Both the position numbers and the translations under genes were made by a program. This document shows, piece after piece, positions 43,754-52,919 of a DNA stretch of 64,000 nucleotides. The stretch lies in contig CALEZI010000127.1 of assembly GCA_937928755.1 (NCBI GenBank), positions 36,098 to 100,097 on the forward strand, in the 5' to 3' direction. The notes under the pieces were generated by a model. That model was not told where the DNA came from, ran no database searches, and saw only the letters and a program-made list of their open reading frames with translations. Every line of letters begins with the position of its first letter. Position 1 is the first letter of the stretch. Source of the stretch: an uncultured Rhodanobacteraceae bacterium (lineage in GTDB: Bacteria > Pseudomonadota > Gammaproteobacteria > Xanthomonadales > SZUA-5).

Positions 43754-46700
43754 ATGAAAAAAAAGCCGCAAATGAAAGCGCTGGTGCTCGGTCTCATGCT
43801 GGGCATCGTTGCCTCGCAAGGAGCCTTCGCGCAATCCACGTCCTCAGCGCTGAACGGACGCGTGACGGACCCTGAAGGCCGTCCAATTGCTGGCGCCACC
43901 GTCGAGGTGCTGCATGTCCCGTCGAACACCCGCAAGTCCGTCGTCACCGACAGCCAGGGTCGCTACAGCACTTCGGGCCTGCGCGTGGGTGGTCCTTACA
44001 AGGTCACGGTGACCAAGGAAGGATTCGCTGGCGAAGCGCAGGACGGCGTCTCGCTGTTGTTGGGCGAAGTGACGGCGTTGAACATCGACCTGGAACCGGC
44101 GATGACCACGCTCGATTCGATCGAAGTCGTGGCCTCGGCACAGAACGAAGTGTTCTCGTCGGAGAAATTCGGCGCCGGAACCAACCTCAACAATGAGGCG
44201 CTGAATGCATTTCCGTCGATCCGGCGCGACCTGCAGGACTACGCCCGCCTGGATCCGCGTATCTCGCAGACCGACAAGGACCGCGGCGAAATCTCGGCGC
44301 TCGGTCAGAATTCGCGCTTCAACTCGGTGACCATCGACTCGGTGTCGACCAACGACACCTTCGGGCTCGAAGCCAACAACCTGCCGACGCTGCGTCAGCC
44401 GATCTCGATGGATGCCATCGAATCGGTGCAGTTGAACGTCGTCAACGTCGATGTCACCCAACGCGGTTACACCGGCGCCAACATCAATGCGGTGACCAAG
44501 TCGGGCACCAACGAATTCTTCGGATCGGTCTACGGCACTTACCGTGATGGCGACTGGGTGCGCGAAGAAGACGACCGCGGCGTGGAGTTCACCGGCTTCG
44601 ACAAGGAAGAGACCTACGGCGGTACCTTTGGCGGTCCGCTGATCGAGGATCGCCTGTTCTTCTTCTTCAACTACGACAAGACCAGGATTTCGGCCCCGGG
44701 TCCGGATCTGGCGAGCGGCCCCTACAACCGCACCGTCAACGGCATCTCCGATGCGCAGTTGCAGGAAGTGATTTCGATCGCGCAGGATGTCTGGGGCATG
44801 ACGCCGGGCGACCTCAATCCGGGGTCGCTCGACACCGAGGTCGAGACCTATCTCGGTCGCTTCGACTGGAACATCACCGACGATCACCGCGCGGCTTTCC
44901 GCTTCAGCAGCACCGAGCAGGCGGAGGCGATCCTGCCCGGCTTCGGCAACAACTTCTTCTCGTTGTCGAGCTACTGGTACACCCAGGAGAAGGAGTTCGA
45001 CAATTACGTGGTGGAAGTGTTCAGCGACTGGAACGAGTCCTTCTCCACCGAAGTGCGCGCGTCCTATCGCGACTATTTCAGCACGCCGCAGACCTTCGCG
45101 CGTCAGCCGCAGGTGCAGGTCGATTTCGGTACCGCCAACATGCGCCTCGGCACCGAGCAGTTCCGCCACGCCAACATCCTCGACACCGAGACCTACAACT
45201 TCTTCGCCGCCGGTAACCTGTTCCTCGGCGACCACACGGTGAAGTTCGGTGCCGATTACGAGAGCAACGAGATCTACAACCTGTTCCTCGAGTCGAACCT
45301 CGGCGTGTACCGTTTCGCCAATACCAACGATTTCCGCAATGGCGTCTACCGCGAATACACCTCGCGCGCATCGACCAGCGGCAATCTCGGCGATGCAGCG
45401 GCAAAACTGGAGCTGGACAACCTCGGGTTCTTCCTGCAGGACACCTGGGCGGTCAACTACAACCTGACGCTGACCTACGGTTTCCGTATCGACACGCCGA
45501 ATGTGGACAAGGCGCCGCCGTTGAACCAGAGCTTCCTGACGGCGTTCGGAATCCGCAACAACACCACCATCGACGGTAACGAGCTGTTCCAGCCGCGCTT
45601 TGGTTTCAACTACAGCTTCGACAGCGAGCGCCCGACGCAATTGCGCGGCGGCCTCGGTCTGTTCCAGGGCTCGGCGGCCAATGTGTGGCTGGCCAATCCG
45701 TACACCAACAATGGACTGTCGATCGCGGTCTTTGGCTGCGGTACCGCGGGTCTGGCCAACTGCCCGACGCCGCGTCCGTCGGTGTTCAATCCGGATCCGG
45801 ACAACCAGCCGCCAGTGGTGGTCGGAAGCGGCGCACCGCCGTCCGACGTCGATATCGTTGCCGACGACCTGCACCAGCCGTCGATCTGGAAGTTCAATCT
45901 CGCGTTCGAGCACGAGCTTCCGTGGTGGGGCATGGTGGCATCGGCCGAAGCGATCATCACCGAGGTTGAAGATGCGGTGTTCTACGAGCACCTTAATCTC
46001 GGCAGCCCGACGCGTCTGGGTCTCGATGGCCGCAACCTGTATTGGGCCAACACGGCGGCTTCGCAGTATCAGACCAACGGCACCTTCAACGGCACCGCGC
46101 GTTCGCGTCGCAACACGGCCTTCCGCGAAGTGCTGCTGGCGCGTCCGACGTCGAAGGGCCACGGCGAGAACTACACGCTGTCGCTGACCAAGCCGATGAC
46201 GGTCGACAGCAACTGGTTCTGGCAGGCGGCCTACTCGTACACCGATGCCACCGAAGTCAACGGCCTGACCTCCAGCCGCGCAATCTCCAACTGGGCCAGC
46301 CGTTCGGTCTTCAACCCGAACGAAGAAATCGCGTCGACGTCGCCGTACATCAACAAGGACCGCTTCATCGGCACGATGAGCTACCGGCACTTCTTCTTCG
46401 AGGGCTACAAGACCGAGTTTGCGATGTTCTATGAAGGTCGTCGTGGCAAGCCGTACAGCTGGACCTTCAACAACGACATGAACGGCGATGGTCTGGCCGG
46501 CAACGACTTGATGTACATCCCGTTGCCAGGGCAGGTGGTGTTCACCGACCCCACCGAAGCGGCAGTGTTCGAGCAGTTGGTGCGCAATTACGGCCTCGAT
46601 CAGTACGCCGGTGGCGTGGTGCCGCGCAACACGGAAACCGCGCCGTGGGTGCACAACTTCGACATCCGTATCTCGCAGGAACTGCCGGGCTTCTTCGCCG

Positions 46701-46951
46701 ACAACAAGGCTGAGATCTGGCTCGATATCCTCAACGTCGGCAACCTGGTCAACAAAGACTGGGGCCTGATCGATGAAGTCGGCTTCCAGTCCAACGGTGG
46801 CCAGGCGCGCAGCTTCGCCAACTTCGCGGGTATCGACGCGAACGGTCGCTACATCTACGACGTTCTGGCGACCCCGGAAGGTCTGGCTCGTCGCGACCGC
46901 ACCGGCGAATCGCGCTGGGCGCTGCAGGTTGGATTCCGTTACAGCTTCTGA
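43754..46951 (+). CDS. TonB-dependent outer-membrane receptor, Oar-like (N-terminal carboxypeptidase-regulatory-like domain)
   Basis: MKKKPQMKALVLGLMLGIVASQGAFAQ signal. LNGRVTDPEGRPIAGATVEVLHVPSNTRKSVVTDSQGRYSTSGLRVGGPYKVTV is a CarbopepD_reg-like domain. Large beta-barrel ending in the terminal FRYSF. Confidence 0.85.
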   Translation: MKKKPQMKALVLGLMLGIVASQGAFAQSTSSALNGRVTDPEGRPIAGATVEVLHVPSNTRKSVVTDSQGRYSTSGLRVGGPYKVTVTKEGFAGEAQDGVSLLLGEVTALNIDLEPAMTTLDSIEVVASAQNEVFSSEKFGAGTNLNNEALNAFPSIRRDLQDYARLDPRISQTDKDRGEISALGQNSRFNSVTIDSVSTNDTFGLEANNLPTLRQPISMDAIESVQLNVVNVDVTQRGYTGANINAVTKSGTNEFFGSVYGTYRDGDWVREEDDRGVEFTGFDKEETYGGTFGGPLIEDRLFFFFNYDKTRISAPGPDLASGPYNRTVNGISDAQLQEVISIAQDVWGMTPGDLNPGSLDTEVETYLGRFDWNITDDHRAAFRFSSTEQAEAILPGFGNNFFSLSSYWYTQEKEFDNYVVEVFSDWNESFSTEVRASYRDYFSTPQTFARQPQVQVDFGTANMRLGTEQFRHANILDTETYNFFAAGNLFLGDHTVKFGADYESNEIYNLFLESNLGVYRFANTNDFRNGVYREYTSRASTSGNLGDAAAKLELDNLGFFLQDTWAVNYNLTLTYGFRIDTPNVDKAPPLNQSFLTAFGIRNNTTIDGNELFQPRFGFNYSFDSERPTQLRGGLGLFQGSAANVWLANPYTNNGLSIAVFGCGTAGLANCPTPRPSVFNPDPDNQPPVVVGSGAPPSDVDIVADDLHQPSIWKFNLAFEHELPWWGMVASAEAIITEVEDAVFYEHLNLGSPTRLGLDGRNLYWANTAASQYQTNGTFNGTARSRRNTAFREVLLARPTSKGHGENYTLSLTKPMTVDSNWFWQAAYSYTDATEVNGLTSSRAISNWASRSVFNPNEEIASTSPYINKDRFIGTMSYRHFFFEGYKTEFAMFYEGRRGKPYSWTFNNDMNGDGLAGNDLMYIPLPGQVVFTDPTEAAVFEQLVRNYGLDQYAGGVVPRNTETAPWVHNFDIRISQELPGFFADNKAEIWLDILNVGNLVNKDWGLIDEVGFQSNGGQARSFANFAGIDANGRYIYDVLATPEGLARRDRTGESRWALQVGFRYSF

Positions 46952-46972
46952 TCGCGCTTCAACGTTGCAGGG

Positions 46973-47005
46973 AAACGGCCGGCTTTTGCCGGCCGTTTCT
47001 TTTTG
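46973..47005 (+). terminator. Rho-independent terminator after the TonB-dependent receptor
   Basis: aaacggccggc-tttt-gccggccgttt followed by ctttttg. Confidence 0.85.
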
Positions 47006-47080
47006 TGGATCCGGCAGGGCGTACCTGCTTTGATGAAGACGGCGGGGGTGACCCTGCTTCGTACCCGATCGGAAGAGCAG

Positions 47081-47384
47081 CGGAGCAAGCTCCGCTCTAC
47101 AACGGCGAAGGTCCGCGTGTTGCTCTTGTAGAGCCGAGCTTGCTCGGCTGGTTTGCTTTAGCTCTTGCTCTTGTAGAGCCGAGCTTGCTCGGCTGGTTTG
47201 CTTTAGCTCTTGCTCTTGTAGAGCCGAGCTTGCTCGGCTGGTTTGCTCTAGCTCTTGCTCTGGTAGAGCCGAGCTTGCTCGGCTGGTTCGCTCTTGCTCC
47301 TGCTCTTGTAGAGCCGAGCTTGCTCGGCTGGCTTGCTCTAGGTCTTGCTCTGGTAGAGCCGAGCTTGCTCGGCTGGTTCGCTGC
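47081..47384. repeat. One type-b REP hairpin followed by a tandem array of 6 x 45-bp units built on the type-a REP hairpin
   Basis: gcggagcaagctccgctctac at 47081. The invariant 24-bp core gtagagccgagcttgctcggctgg then starts at 47129, 47174, 47219, 47264, 47309 and 47354 (exact 45-bp period). The cores are separated by near-identical 21-bp segments (tttgctttagctcttgctctt and variants). Confidence 0.9.
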
Positions 47385-47540
47385 GCAGCCAACGAAAGCG
47401 GCGCCGCAAGCACCGCGGAGAAAGGTCGGCTCCGGCGGACCGACTGGGCCGACGATCGAAGGACCGACGCGCAAGCCCCTCGTCACCCGCCTCCGCAAGG
47501 CATAGAATCGCGACCTTCGCGCTGGATCCGGACTCAACCC

Positions 47541-48575
47541 ATGGTGAATATCAGCCTGTTCGGGCGCTTCGTGCCTCTGCAGTCGCTGGTCCCGTCGGAT
47601 CAATCGCAACTCGCCAAGCAAAGCAGTCTGGTCAACTATCAGCCCGGCCAGGTGATTTTCAGCCGTGGCGAACTGGCGCGTACCCAGGCGTTTCTGATCG
47701 ACGGCGAGATCGAGCTGCAGGACGAGCACTCTGCGCGGCGCCTGCGTGCGGCGGATCCCGAATCGCGTTACGCGTTGGCACCCGGACAACGACGTGCGCA
47801 GACCGCGTTGTGTCTGAAACCCGCACAGATCCTGTTCGTCGACCGCGAGTTGCTCGATGTCATGTTGACGTGGTCGCAGACAGGCGGCGTCGAAGTGCGC
47901 GACATCGGCTCCGGCGACAAAGACGACGAATCGCACGACTGGATGACGGCGCTGCTGCAAAGCAAGGCTTTTCTGCGCATTCCGCCCGGCAACATTGCGC
48001 AGATCTTCGCCAGCATGCAGTCGGTGACCTTCGATGCCGGCCAGATCATCCTCAAGCAGGGCGATCCGGGCGATTATTACTACGTGATCACCGAGGGCCG
48101 CGCCCAGGTGGTACTGGAAGATCCCAACGGCAACTCGGAAGAAGAACTGGCGCAGCTCGGCGTTGGTCGCGCTTTTGGCGAGGAAGCGCTGGTGTCCGGA
48201 GAGCCGCGTAACGCCACCGTACGCGCGCTCACCCGCTGTACGCTGATGCGACTGTCCAACGCGGCGTTCGCGCGATTGCTGAAGGCGCCATTGATGCGCG
48301 AAGTGCAGATGAGCGAAATCGCGGGCGATGTGCAGTTGGTGGATGTGCGGTTGGCCAGCGAGTTCGAGCGCGGGCACTGGCCAGGCGCGATCAACGTGCC
48401 TTTGGCGCGATTGCGCGTGCTGGCACAATCACTCGATCCGGCGCGCGAATACTGGGTCTACTGCGACACCGGTCGTCGCAGCGCATCGGCAGTATTCCTG
48501 CTCACCGAACGCGGTTTCGACGCCAAATTGGTGCGCGGTGGCCTCACTGTCGCGCAATTGACCGAAGCCGCGTAG
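47541..48575 (+). CDS. Protein with two cyclic-nucleotide-binding-like domains and a C-terminal rhodanese domain
   Basis: The second cNMP domain is clear (FDAGQIILKQGDPGDYYYVITEGRAQVV...FGEEALVSGEPRNATVRAL). Rhodanese: VDVRLASEFERGHWPGAINVPL...YWVYCDTGRRSASAVFLL. Confidence 0.75.
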   Translation: MVNISLFGRFVPLQSLVPSDQSQLAKQSSLVNYQPGQVIFSRGELARTQAFLIDGEIELQDEHSARRLRAADPESRYALAPGQRRAQTALCLKPAQILFVDRELLDVMLTWSQTGGVEVRDIGSGDKDDESHDWMTALLQSKAFLRIPPGNIAQIFASMQSVTFDAGQIILKQGDPGDYYYVITEGRAQVVLEDPNGNSEEELAQLGVGRAFGEEALVSGEPRNATVRALTRCTLMRLSNAAFARLLKAPLMREVQMSEIAGDVQLVDVRLASEFERGHWPGAINVPLARLRVLAQSLDPAREYWVYCDTGRRSASAVFLLTERGFDAKLVRGGLTVAQLTEAA

Positions 48576-48586
48576 AGTTCCAGCCT

Positions 48587-48742
48587 TTGCAGAGCCGAGC
48601 TTGCTCGGCATCACGTCGTTGGTTTTCCCCAGGCGGAGCAAGCTCCGCTCTGCAAGAGCCTCGCGATTCGCGGCCATTGTAGAGCCGAGCTTGCTCGGCT
48701 GATTTTCGCGTCAGCGGAGCGGAGCAAGCTCCGCTCTACCAG
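48587..48742. repeat. REP/BIME-like cluster: two paired-hairpin units
   Basis: ttgcagagccgagcttgctcggc...gcggagcaagctccgctctgcaag (48587-48656) and ttgtagagccgagcttgctcggc...gcggagcaagctccgctctaccag (48677-48742). Confidence 0.85.
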
Positions 48743-48815
48743 AGCCACGTACTCCCTGGCTCGTTTCAACCCCAGGAAGCGCGGCGACGGCGTCGCGCAA
48801 ATACAAGGACGTCCC

Positions 48816-50189
48816 ATGAATCATCGACCCGTGAGTGCCCGCATCAATCCCGAAGCGGGCATGGATGTGCTTTCCAAAGCCGAGGTTCGCCGCCTTACTG
48901 CGGCGACGACCGGCAACCTCTACGACTTGTTCCGTCGCTGCACGCTGGCAGTTCTGACCACCGGCAGCGAGAGCGACGATGCGCGGGCAGTGCTCGCGCG
49001 CCACCCGGACTTCGATGTGCGCGTCGTGCAGCAGGATCGCGGCGTGAAGCTCGACCTGATCAACGCGCCGGCACAGGCCTTCGTCGACGGCGAGATCATC
49101 CGCGGCATTCGTCAACTGCTGTTCGCGGTGCTGCGCGACATCCTCTACGTCGAGAACGAGATCAAGACCCGCGCCAACCTCAACGAAGCCGAAGGCATCA
49201 CCAACGCAGTGTTCGACATCCTGCGCAACGCCGGCATCCTGCGCGCGCAGCACGCGCCCAACCTGGTCGTTTGCTGGGGCGGCCATTCGATCGGCCGCAA
49301 GGAGTACGAATACACCAAGAAGGTCGGTTACGAGCTTGGCCTGCGTGGAATGGACATTTGCACCGGTTGTGGGCCGGGTGCGATGAAAGGGCCGATGAAG
49401 GGCGCAACCATCGCCCACGCCAAACAGCGCATCGACGACACCCGTTACATCGGCATCACCGAGCCGGGAATCATCGCCGCGGAATCGCCGAACCCGATCG
49501 TCAACCATCTGGTGATCATGCCGGACATCGAAAAACGGCTGGAGTCGTTCATTCGCGTCGGCCATGCCATCGTCGTGTTTCCGGGTGGCGTCGGCACGGC
49601 AGAAGAAATCCTTTATCTGCTGGGCATCCTGCTGCACCCGGACAATGCACGCGTGCCTTTCCCGGTGGTGTTCACCGGGCCCAGGGACAGTGCGGCTTAC
49701 TTCGAGCAGATCGATGCCTTCCTCAAGCTGACCTTGGGCGATACGGCCGCAGAGCGTTACCGGATCATCGTCGGCGACCCGGTCGAAGTCGCCCGTCACA
49801 TCAAGGCCGGAATGGTCCAGGTCACCGATCATCGTGTCGAGACCAAGGATGCGTTCTTCTACAACTGGACCTTGAAGATCCCGGAAGCCTTCCAGTTTGG
49901 ATTTGCGCCGACGCATGCAGCCATGGCGCAACTGCAGTTGCATCGCGGCCGTCCGGTTCACGAATTGGCCGCGGACTTGCGGCGCGCCTTCAGCGGCATC
50001 GTGGCCGGCAATGTCAAGGAAGAGGGCATTCGCGCGATCGAAGCCCACGGTCCGTACGAGTTGACCGGTGAACCGGCGATCATGGATGCCATGGACGGTC
50101 TGCTGAAGGCTTTTGTCGAGCAGCACCGGATGAAGCTGCCGGGTAGCGAACCTTACAAGCCTTGTTATCGACTGAAGCCTGCCACTTGA
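48816..50189 (+). CDS. ppnN: Nucleotide 5'-monophosphate nucleosidase PpnN (YgdH, LOG family)
   Basis: 457 aa. VVCWGGHSIGRKEYEYTKKVGYELGLRGMDICTGCGPGAMKGP...VVFPGGVGTAEEILYLLGILL (LOG PGGxGTxxE motif). Confidence 0.85.
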   Translation: MNHRPVSARINPEAGMDVLSKAEVRRLTAATTGNLYDLFRRCTLAVLTTGSESDDARAVLARHPDFDVRVVQQDRGVKLDLINAPAQAFVDGEIIRGIRQLLFAVLRDILYVENEIKTRANLNEAEGITNAVFDILRNAGILRAQHAPNLVVCWGGHSIGRKEYEYTKKVGYELGLRGMDICTGCGPGAMKGPMKGATIAHAKQRIDDTRYIGITEPGIIAAESPNPIVNHLVIMPDIEKRLESFIRVGHAIVVFPGGVGTAEEILYLLGILLHPDNARVPFPVVFTGPRDSAAYFEQIDAFLKLTLGDTAAERYRIIVGDPVEVARHIKAGMVQVTDHRVETKDAFFYNWTLKIPEAFQFGFAPTHAAMAQLQLHRGRPVHELAADLRRAFSGIVAGNVKEEGIRAIEAHGPYELTGEPAIMDAMDGLLKAFVEQHRMKLPGSEPYKPCYRLKPAT

Positions 50190-50229
50190 CGGATCTGCGA
50201 ATCTGACGGCATCATTCCGCTTCTACCGT

Positions 50230-50304
<75 letters not shown>

Positions 50305-50392
50305 AAAACAAGCGGGAAACCAACGGCTTGCGACTAAACATCGCAGGCCGTTCTTGTTTGTGGCGAAGCCTGCCGGTGCCGGTCCGGCAAGC

Positions 50393-51826
50393 TCAGGTCA
50401 ACAACCACCAGCAAACCATCGTGATGACCACGCTGCCGAGCAGGTTGACGGCAAGTCCGGTCCGCGCCATCTCAACGATGGCAATGCGATTGGAGCCGAA
50501 GACCACGGCGTTGGGCCCGGTTGCTACCGGCAGCATGAAGGCGCAACTGGCGCTCAGCGCAGCTGGAATCATCAGCAGCTTGGGATCGATGCCAGCGCCC
50601 AGGGCTGCCGCGGCGAGGATTGGCATCAACAGCGTCGCCGTCGCGGTGTTGGAGGTGACTTCGGTCAGGAAGGTCACGACCAGGCAGATGGTCGCGATCA
50701 GCACCAAGGCCGGCAACAGCACCAGTCCTCCGCCGACGGCGGTACCGATCCAGGCACTCAAACCACTGCTGGCGAAGCCATTGGCGAGCGCAACGCCGCT
50801 GCCGAACAGCAACAGGATGCCCCACGGTGTTCGTTGCGCATGCTGCCAATCGAGCAATCGTCCAGGCCGTTCGCGATCGCCGTCCGGAATCAGCGCCAGC
50901 AGCACGCAGGCCAGCAGCGCGACCGTGGCATCGTTGGCTTGCGGCAAGTCGAGCCAGACACTCCATCCGCCAAAGGGCTCGCTGCGGGTGATCCAAGCGG
51001 TGGCGGTCAGTGCGAACACCGTGATCACGCGACGCTCGGCCGGGCGCCAGTTCCCGGGCTGTGGCAGTTGCAATGCCTCGCCGGGGGGCAGTCCGCGCGC
51101 CAGCCACCAACCCACCACCGGCAACATCGCCAGCACGACCGGAACGCCATAGCGCATGTAGTCGGTGAAGCTCATCGCATCGCCGGTGCTGTCGCCGTAG
51201 ACCTTCATGAAAATCAGATTCGGTGGAGTGCCGATCGGGGTGCCCAGTCCGCCGATGCTGGCGCCGTACGCGATCGCGAGCAGTACGGCCACCACGACCC
51301 GCTGGTCGGTATCGTCGCGCAAGATCGCCAGTGCGATGGGAAGCAGCATCAGCGAGGTTGCGGTATTCGAAATCCACATGCTGAGCAGAGCCGCGGTGAC
51401 CAGAAAGCCGAAAACCAACGGACGGCCACCTCGACCACCGGTGAGTGCCAACATTCCCAGAGCCAGGCGCCGATGCACGCCGGACTTCTCCAGCGCCAGG
51501 CTGAGCATGAAGCCCCCCATCAGCAACAGGATGATCGGATCGCCATAGGCTTGTCCGACTTGCGCCGGCGTCAATACGCCAACCAAAGGCAGGACCGCCA
51601 GCGGCAGTAGGGAAGTCAAGGGAATCTCGATGGGCTCGAAGATCCACCAGCACGCCACCCACACCGTCAAGCCTGCTACCCAAGCCATCGGCGTTGCCTG
51701 ACCCAGGCCGAGCAAGCCAAGGCCGGTCATTGCCGCGGCCATCGGTCCTCCCCACAGCGCGGCGCGTTGCACTGCGTTGAGCTGCCGTGGACGATTCGCG
51801 GTTTCAGTTTCCGGCATCCAGATCAT
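50393..51826 (-). CDS. SLC13/DASS family anion (dicarboxylate/sulfate) permease
   Basis: 477 aa, polytopic. WWIFEPIEIPLTSLLPLAVLPLVGVL...LSMWISNTATSLMLLPIA...TFLTEVTSNTATATLLMPI (duplicated SNT hairpin motifs). Confidence 0.8.
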   Translation of the reverse strand: MIWMPETETANRPRQLNAVQRAALWGGPMAAAMTGLGLLGLGQATPMAWVAGLTVWVACWWIFEPIEIPLTSLLPLAVLPLVGVLTPAQVGQAYGDPIILLLMGGFMLSLALEKSGVHRRLALGMLALTGGRGGRPLVFGFLVTAALLSMWISNTATSLMLLPIALAILRDDTDQRVVVAVLLAIAYGASIGGLGTPIGTPPNLIFMKVYGDSTGDAMSFTDYMRYGVPVVLAMLPVVGWWLARGLPPGEALQLPQPGNWRPAERRVITVFALTATAWITRSEPFGGWSVWLDLPQANDATVALLACVLLALIPDGDRERPGRLLDWQHAQRTPWGILLLFGSGVALANGFASSGLSAWIGTAVGGGLVLLPALVLIATICLVVTFLTEVTSNTATATLLMPILAAAALGAGIDPKLLMIPAALSASCAFMLPVATGPNAVVFGSNRIAIVEMARTGLAVNLLGSVVITMVCWWLLT

Positions 51827-51983
51827 CCTTGAAGCAATGCTGACAGCCGCGGCAGGGGCCCCGGCCCGTTCATGATGCTGGATTCTCGATCAGGTTACGT
51901 CTCTGGCGTGCGCCAGGGATGGCGCCAGCGCGATCACCAGCCATGCTGGCCGTACAGAGCCGCGGTTCCAGAGTTGTCCGCGG

Positions 51984-52760
51984 TCAGCCGTCGATCGGGT
52001 AGACCTCCTGGATACGGCATCCGCGCACGCCAATCGCGGCGGCGGAGTTCGATCCGGTTTCCAGCGTGAGGCTCGGCGAAGAGTTGGCGAATCCGGTATT
52101 CAGGAGTTGACCTCGCCCGCCGCGCAGTTCGGCCATGTCGCCCGGATGGCCGCAGATCAAGTCGAGGCCAACGCCGGATCTCAGCACCAGTTCGTTGTTG
52201 TAGGCCGCCTCCGGGCAATTGCCACTGAACTCGATGCGATAGGCGCCGTTGCCGCCTGAGCGCCGTTTGCTGGTGTGCACGATGATGGCATCCGGTGCGG
52301 CCGACCAACTGCGTACCTGACTCGGACGGAAGCAATAGTCGTGCGAACCGACGAATCCCTTCGCCGTATTGCGTCGCGCCCGCGTCTCGACCGCTTGCAG
52401 CAGGGTTGCGTTTGAATCCAGTTCGCTGGTTTTCGCCAAGCGAGCGTACTCGCGCGCATCGATGCTCCGAAAGTGCTGCACCGGGCACAACCGACTTCCG
52501 CTGCGGACAAATTCGCGCGGCCCGCCGCAGACCCAACCGTGCGCTGCGAGCATCGACGCGTCGCCTCGATCGAGCGGGCAGTCACCGTCTGTCACCAGGT
52601 GATAGCGGGATTCACCCGCGCGAACCAGGAACTGTCGCGCGTCGAGAATCTGCATGTCGCTCATTGCGCGTGCATCCAGGCAATGCGCGGCCGGCGCAGG
52701 TGGGCGATCCACGGCGGTGAGCGACAGGACGGCGAACAAGGTGGGCAGGAGGGCAGCCAT
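51984..52760 (-). CDS. Secreted hypothetical protein with an internal duplication of a Cys-containing module
   Basis: Signal-like MAALLPTLFAVLSLTAV. Two modules share the pattern C-x(25-35)-Y-x-(I/L/V)-x(4)-(G/D)-(N/D)-C-P...(V/I)-C-G-x-P...C-x-(V/I)-x(5)-I-D: residues ~27-108 (HCLD...DGDCPLD...WVCGGP...LCPVQHFRSID) and ~147-256 (YCFR...SGNCPEA...LICGHP...GCRIQEVYPID). Possibly DUF6491-like, from memory. Confidence 0.55.
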   Translation of the reverse strand: MAALLPTLFAVLSLTAVDRPPAPAAHCLDARAMSDMQILDARQFLVRAGESRYHLVTDGDCPLDRGDASMLAAHGWVCGGPREFVRSGSRLCPVQHFRSIDAREYARLAKTSELDSNATLLQAVETRARRNTAKGFVGSHDYCFRPSQVRSWSAAPDAIIVHTSKRRSGGNGAYRIEFSGNCPEAAYNNELVLRSGVGLDLICGHPGDMAELRGGRGQLLNTGFANSSPSLTLETGSNSAAAIGVRGCRIQEVYPIDG

Positions 52761-52782
52761 CAGTCGGATTCGGAGTAATTGG

Positions 52783-52797
52783 TTGACGATTCGTCAA
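52783..52797. promoter_or_regulatory. 15-bp perfect palindrome in the divergent promoter region (candidate operator)
   Basis: TTGACGA-T-TCGTCAA lies in an AT-richer stretch between the hypothetical gene (start 52760, minus) and the kinase gene (start 52920, plus). Confidence 0.4.
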
Positions 52798-52919
52798 TAT
52801 TACCCATTCCTGCATGCCAAAGTCTGAGGGCTTTCGAGCGCGCGGCATTGCTGACCACGCCAGACTGATTGTGCCGGTTGTCACTGCATCCCGGCGCCCG
52901 ATTTGCGTAAGCTGTCTGC

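Noticed and set aside
47125-47384. CRISPR-like appearance: a palindromic 24-bp repeat with regular 21-bp intervening segments
   Set aside because: The spacers are far too short and are near-identical variants of one sequence. The repeat is the same REP hairpin scattered elsewhere in the window, and no cas genes or leader are present. It is a tandem REP minisatellite.
43844-47413. Very long antisense ORFs, for example 1189 aa opposite the TonB-dependent receptor. Others are 1449..2642, 6214..8310, 13697..15841, 37175..38863, 48711..50126, 52881..54341 and 56093..57901.
   Set aside because: These are typical shadow ORFs of GC-rich DNA. Their Arg/Ala/Gly/Pro-rich low-complexity translations have no recognisable motifs, and each lies opposite a gene with clear family signatures.
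47005-47505. 166-aa ORF encoding (LVEPSLLGWFALALA)n, and the minus-strand 443-aa ORF 47097..48428 encoding (ANQPSKLGSTRARAK)n
   Set aside because: Both frames stay open only because the 45-bp repeat period is a multiple of three. The plus ORF starts inside a terminator region. The minus ORF runs antisense through the cNMP/rhodanese gene.
52783-52797. Counting TTGACGATTCGTCAA as a fourth FNR-type box
   Set aside because: Its half-sites are separated by one extra base (TTGA-N7-TCAA rather than N6), so it does not fit the FNR/CRP spacing. It is reported separately as a generic palindrome.
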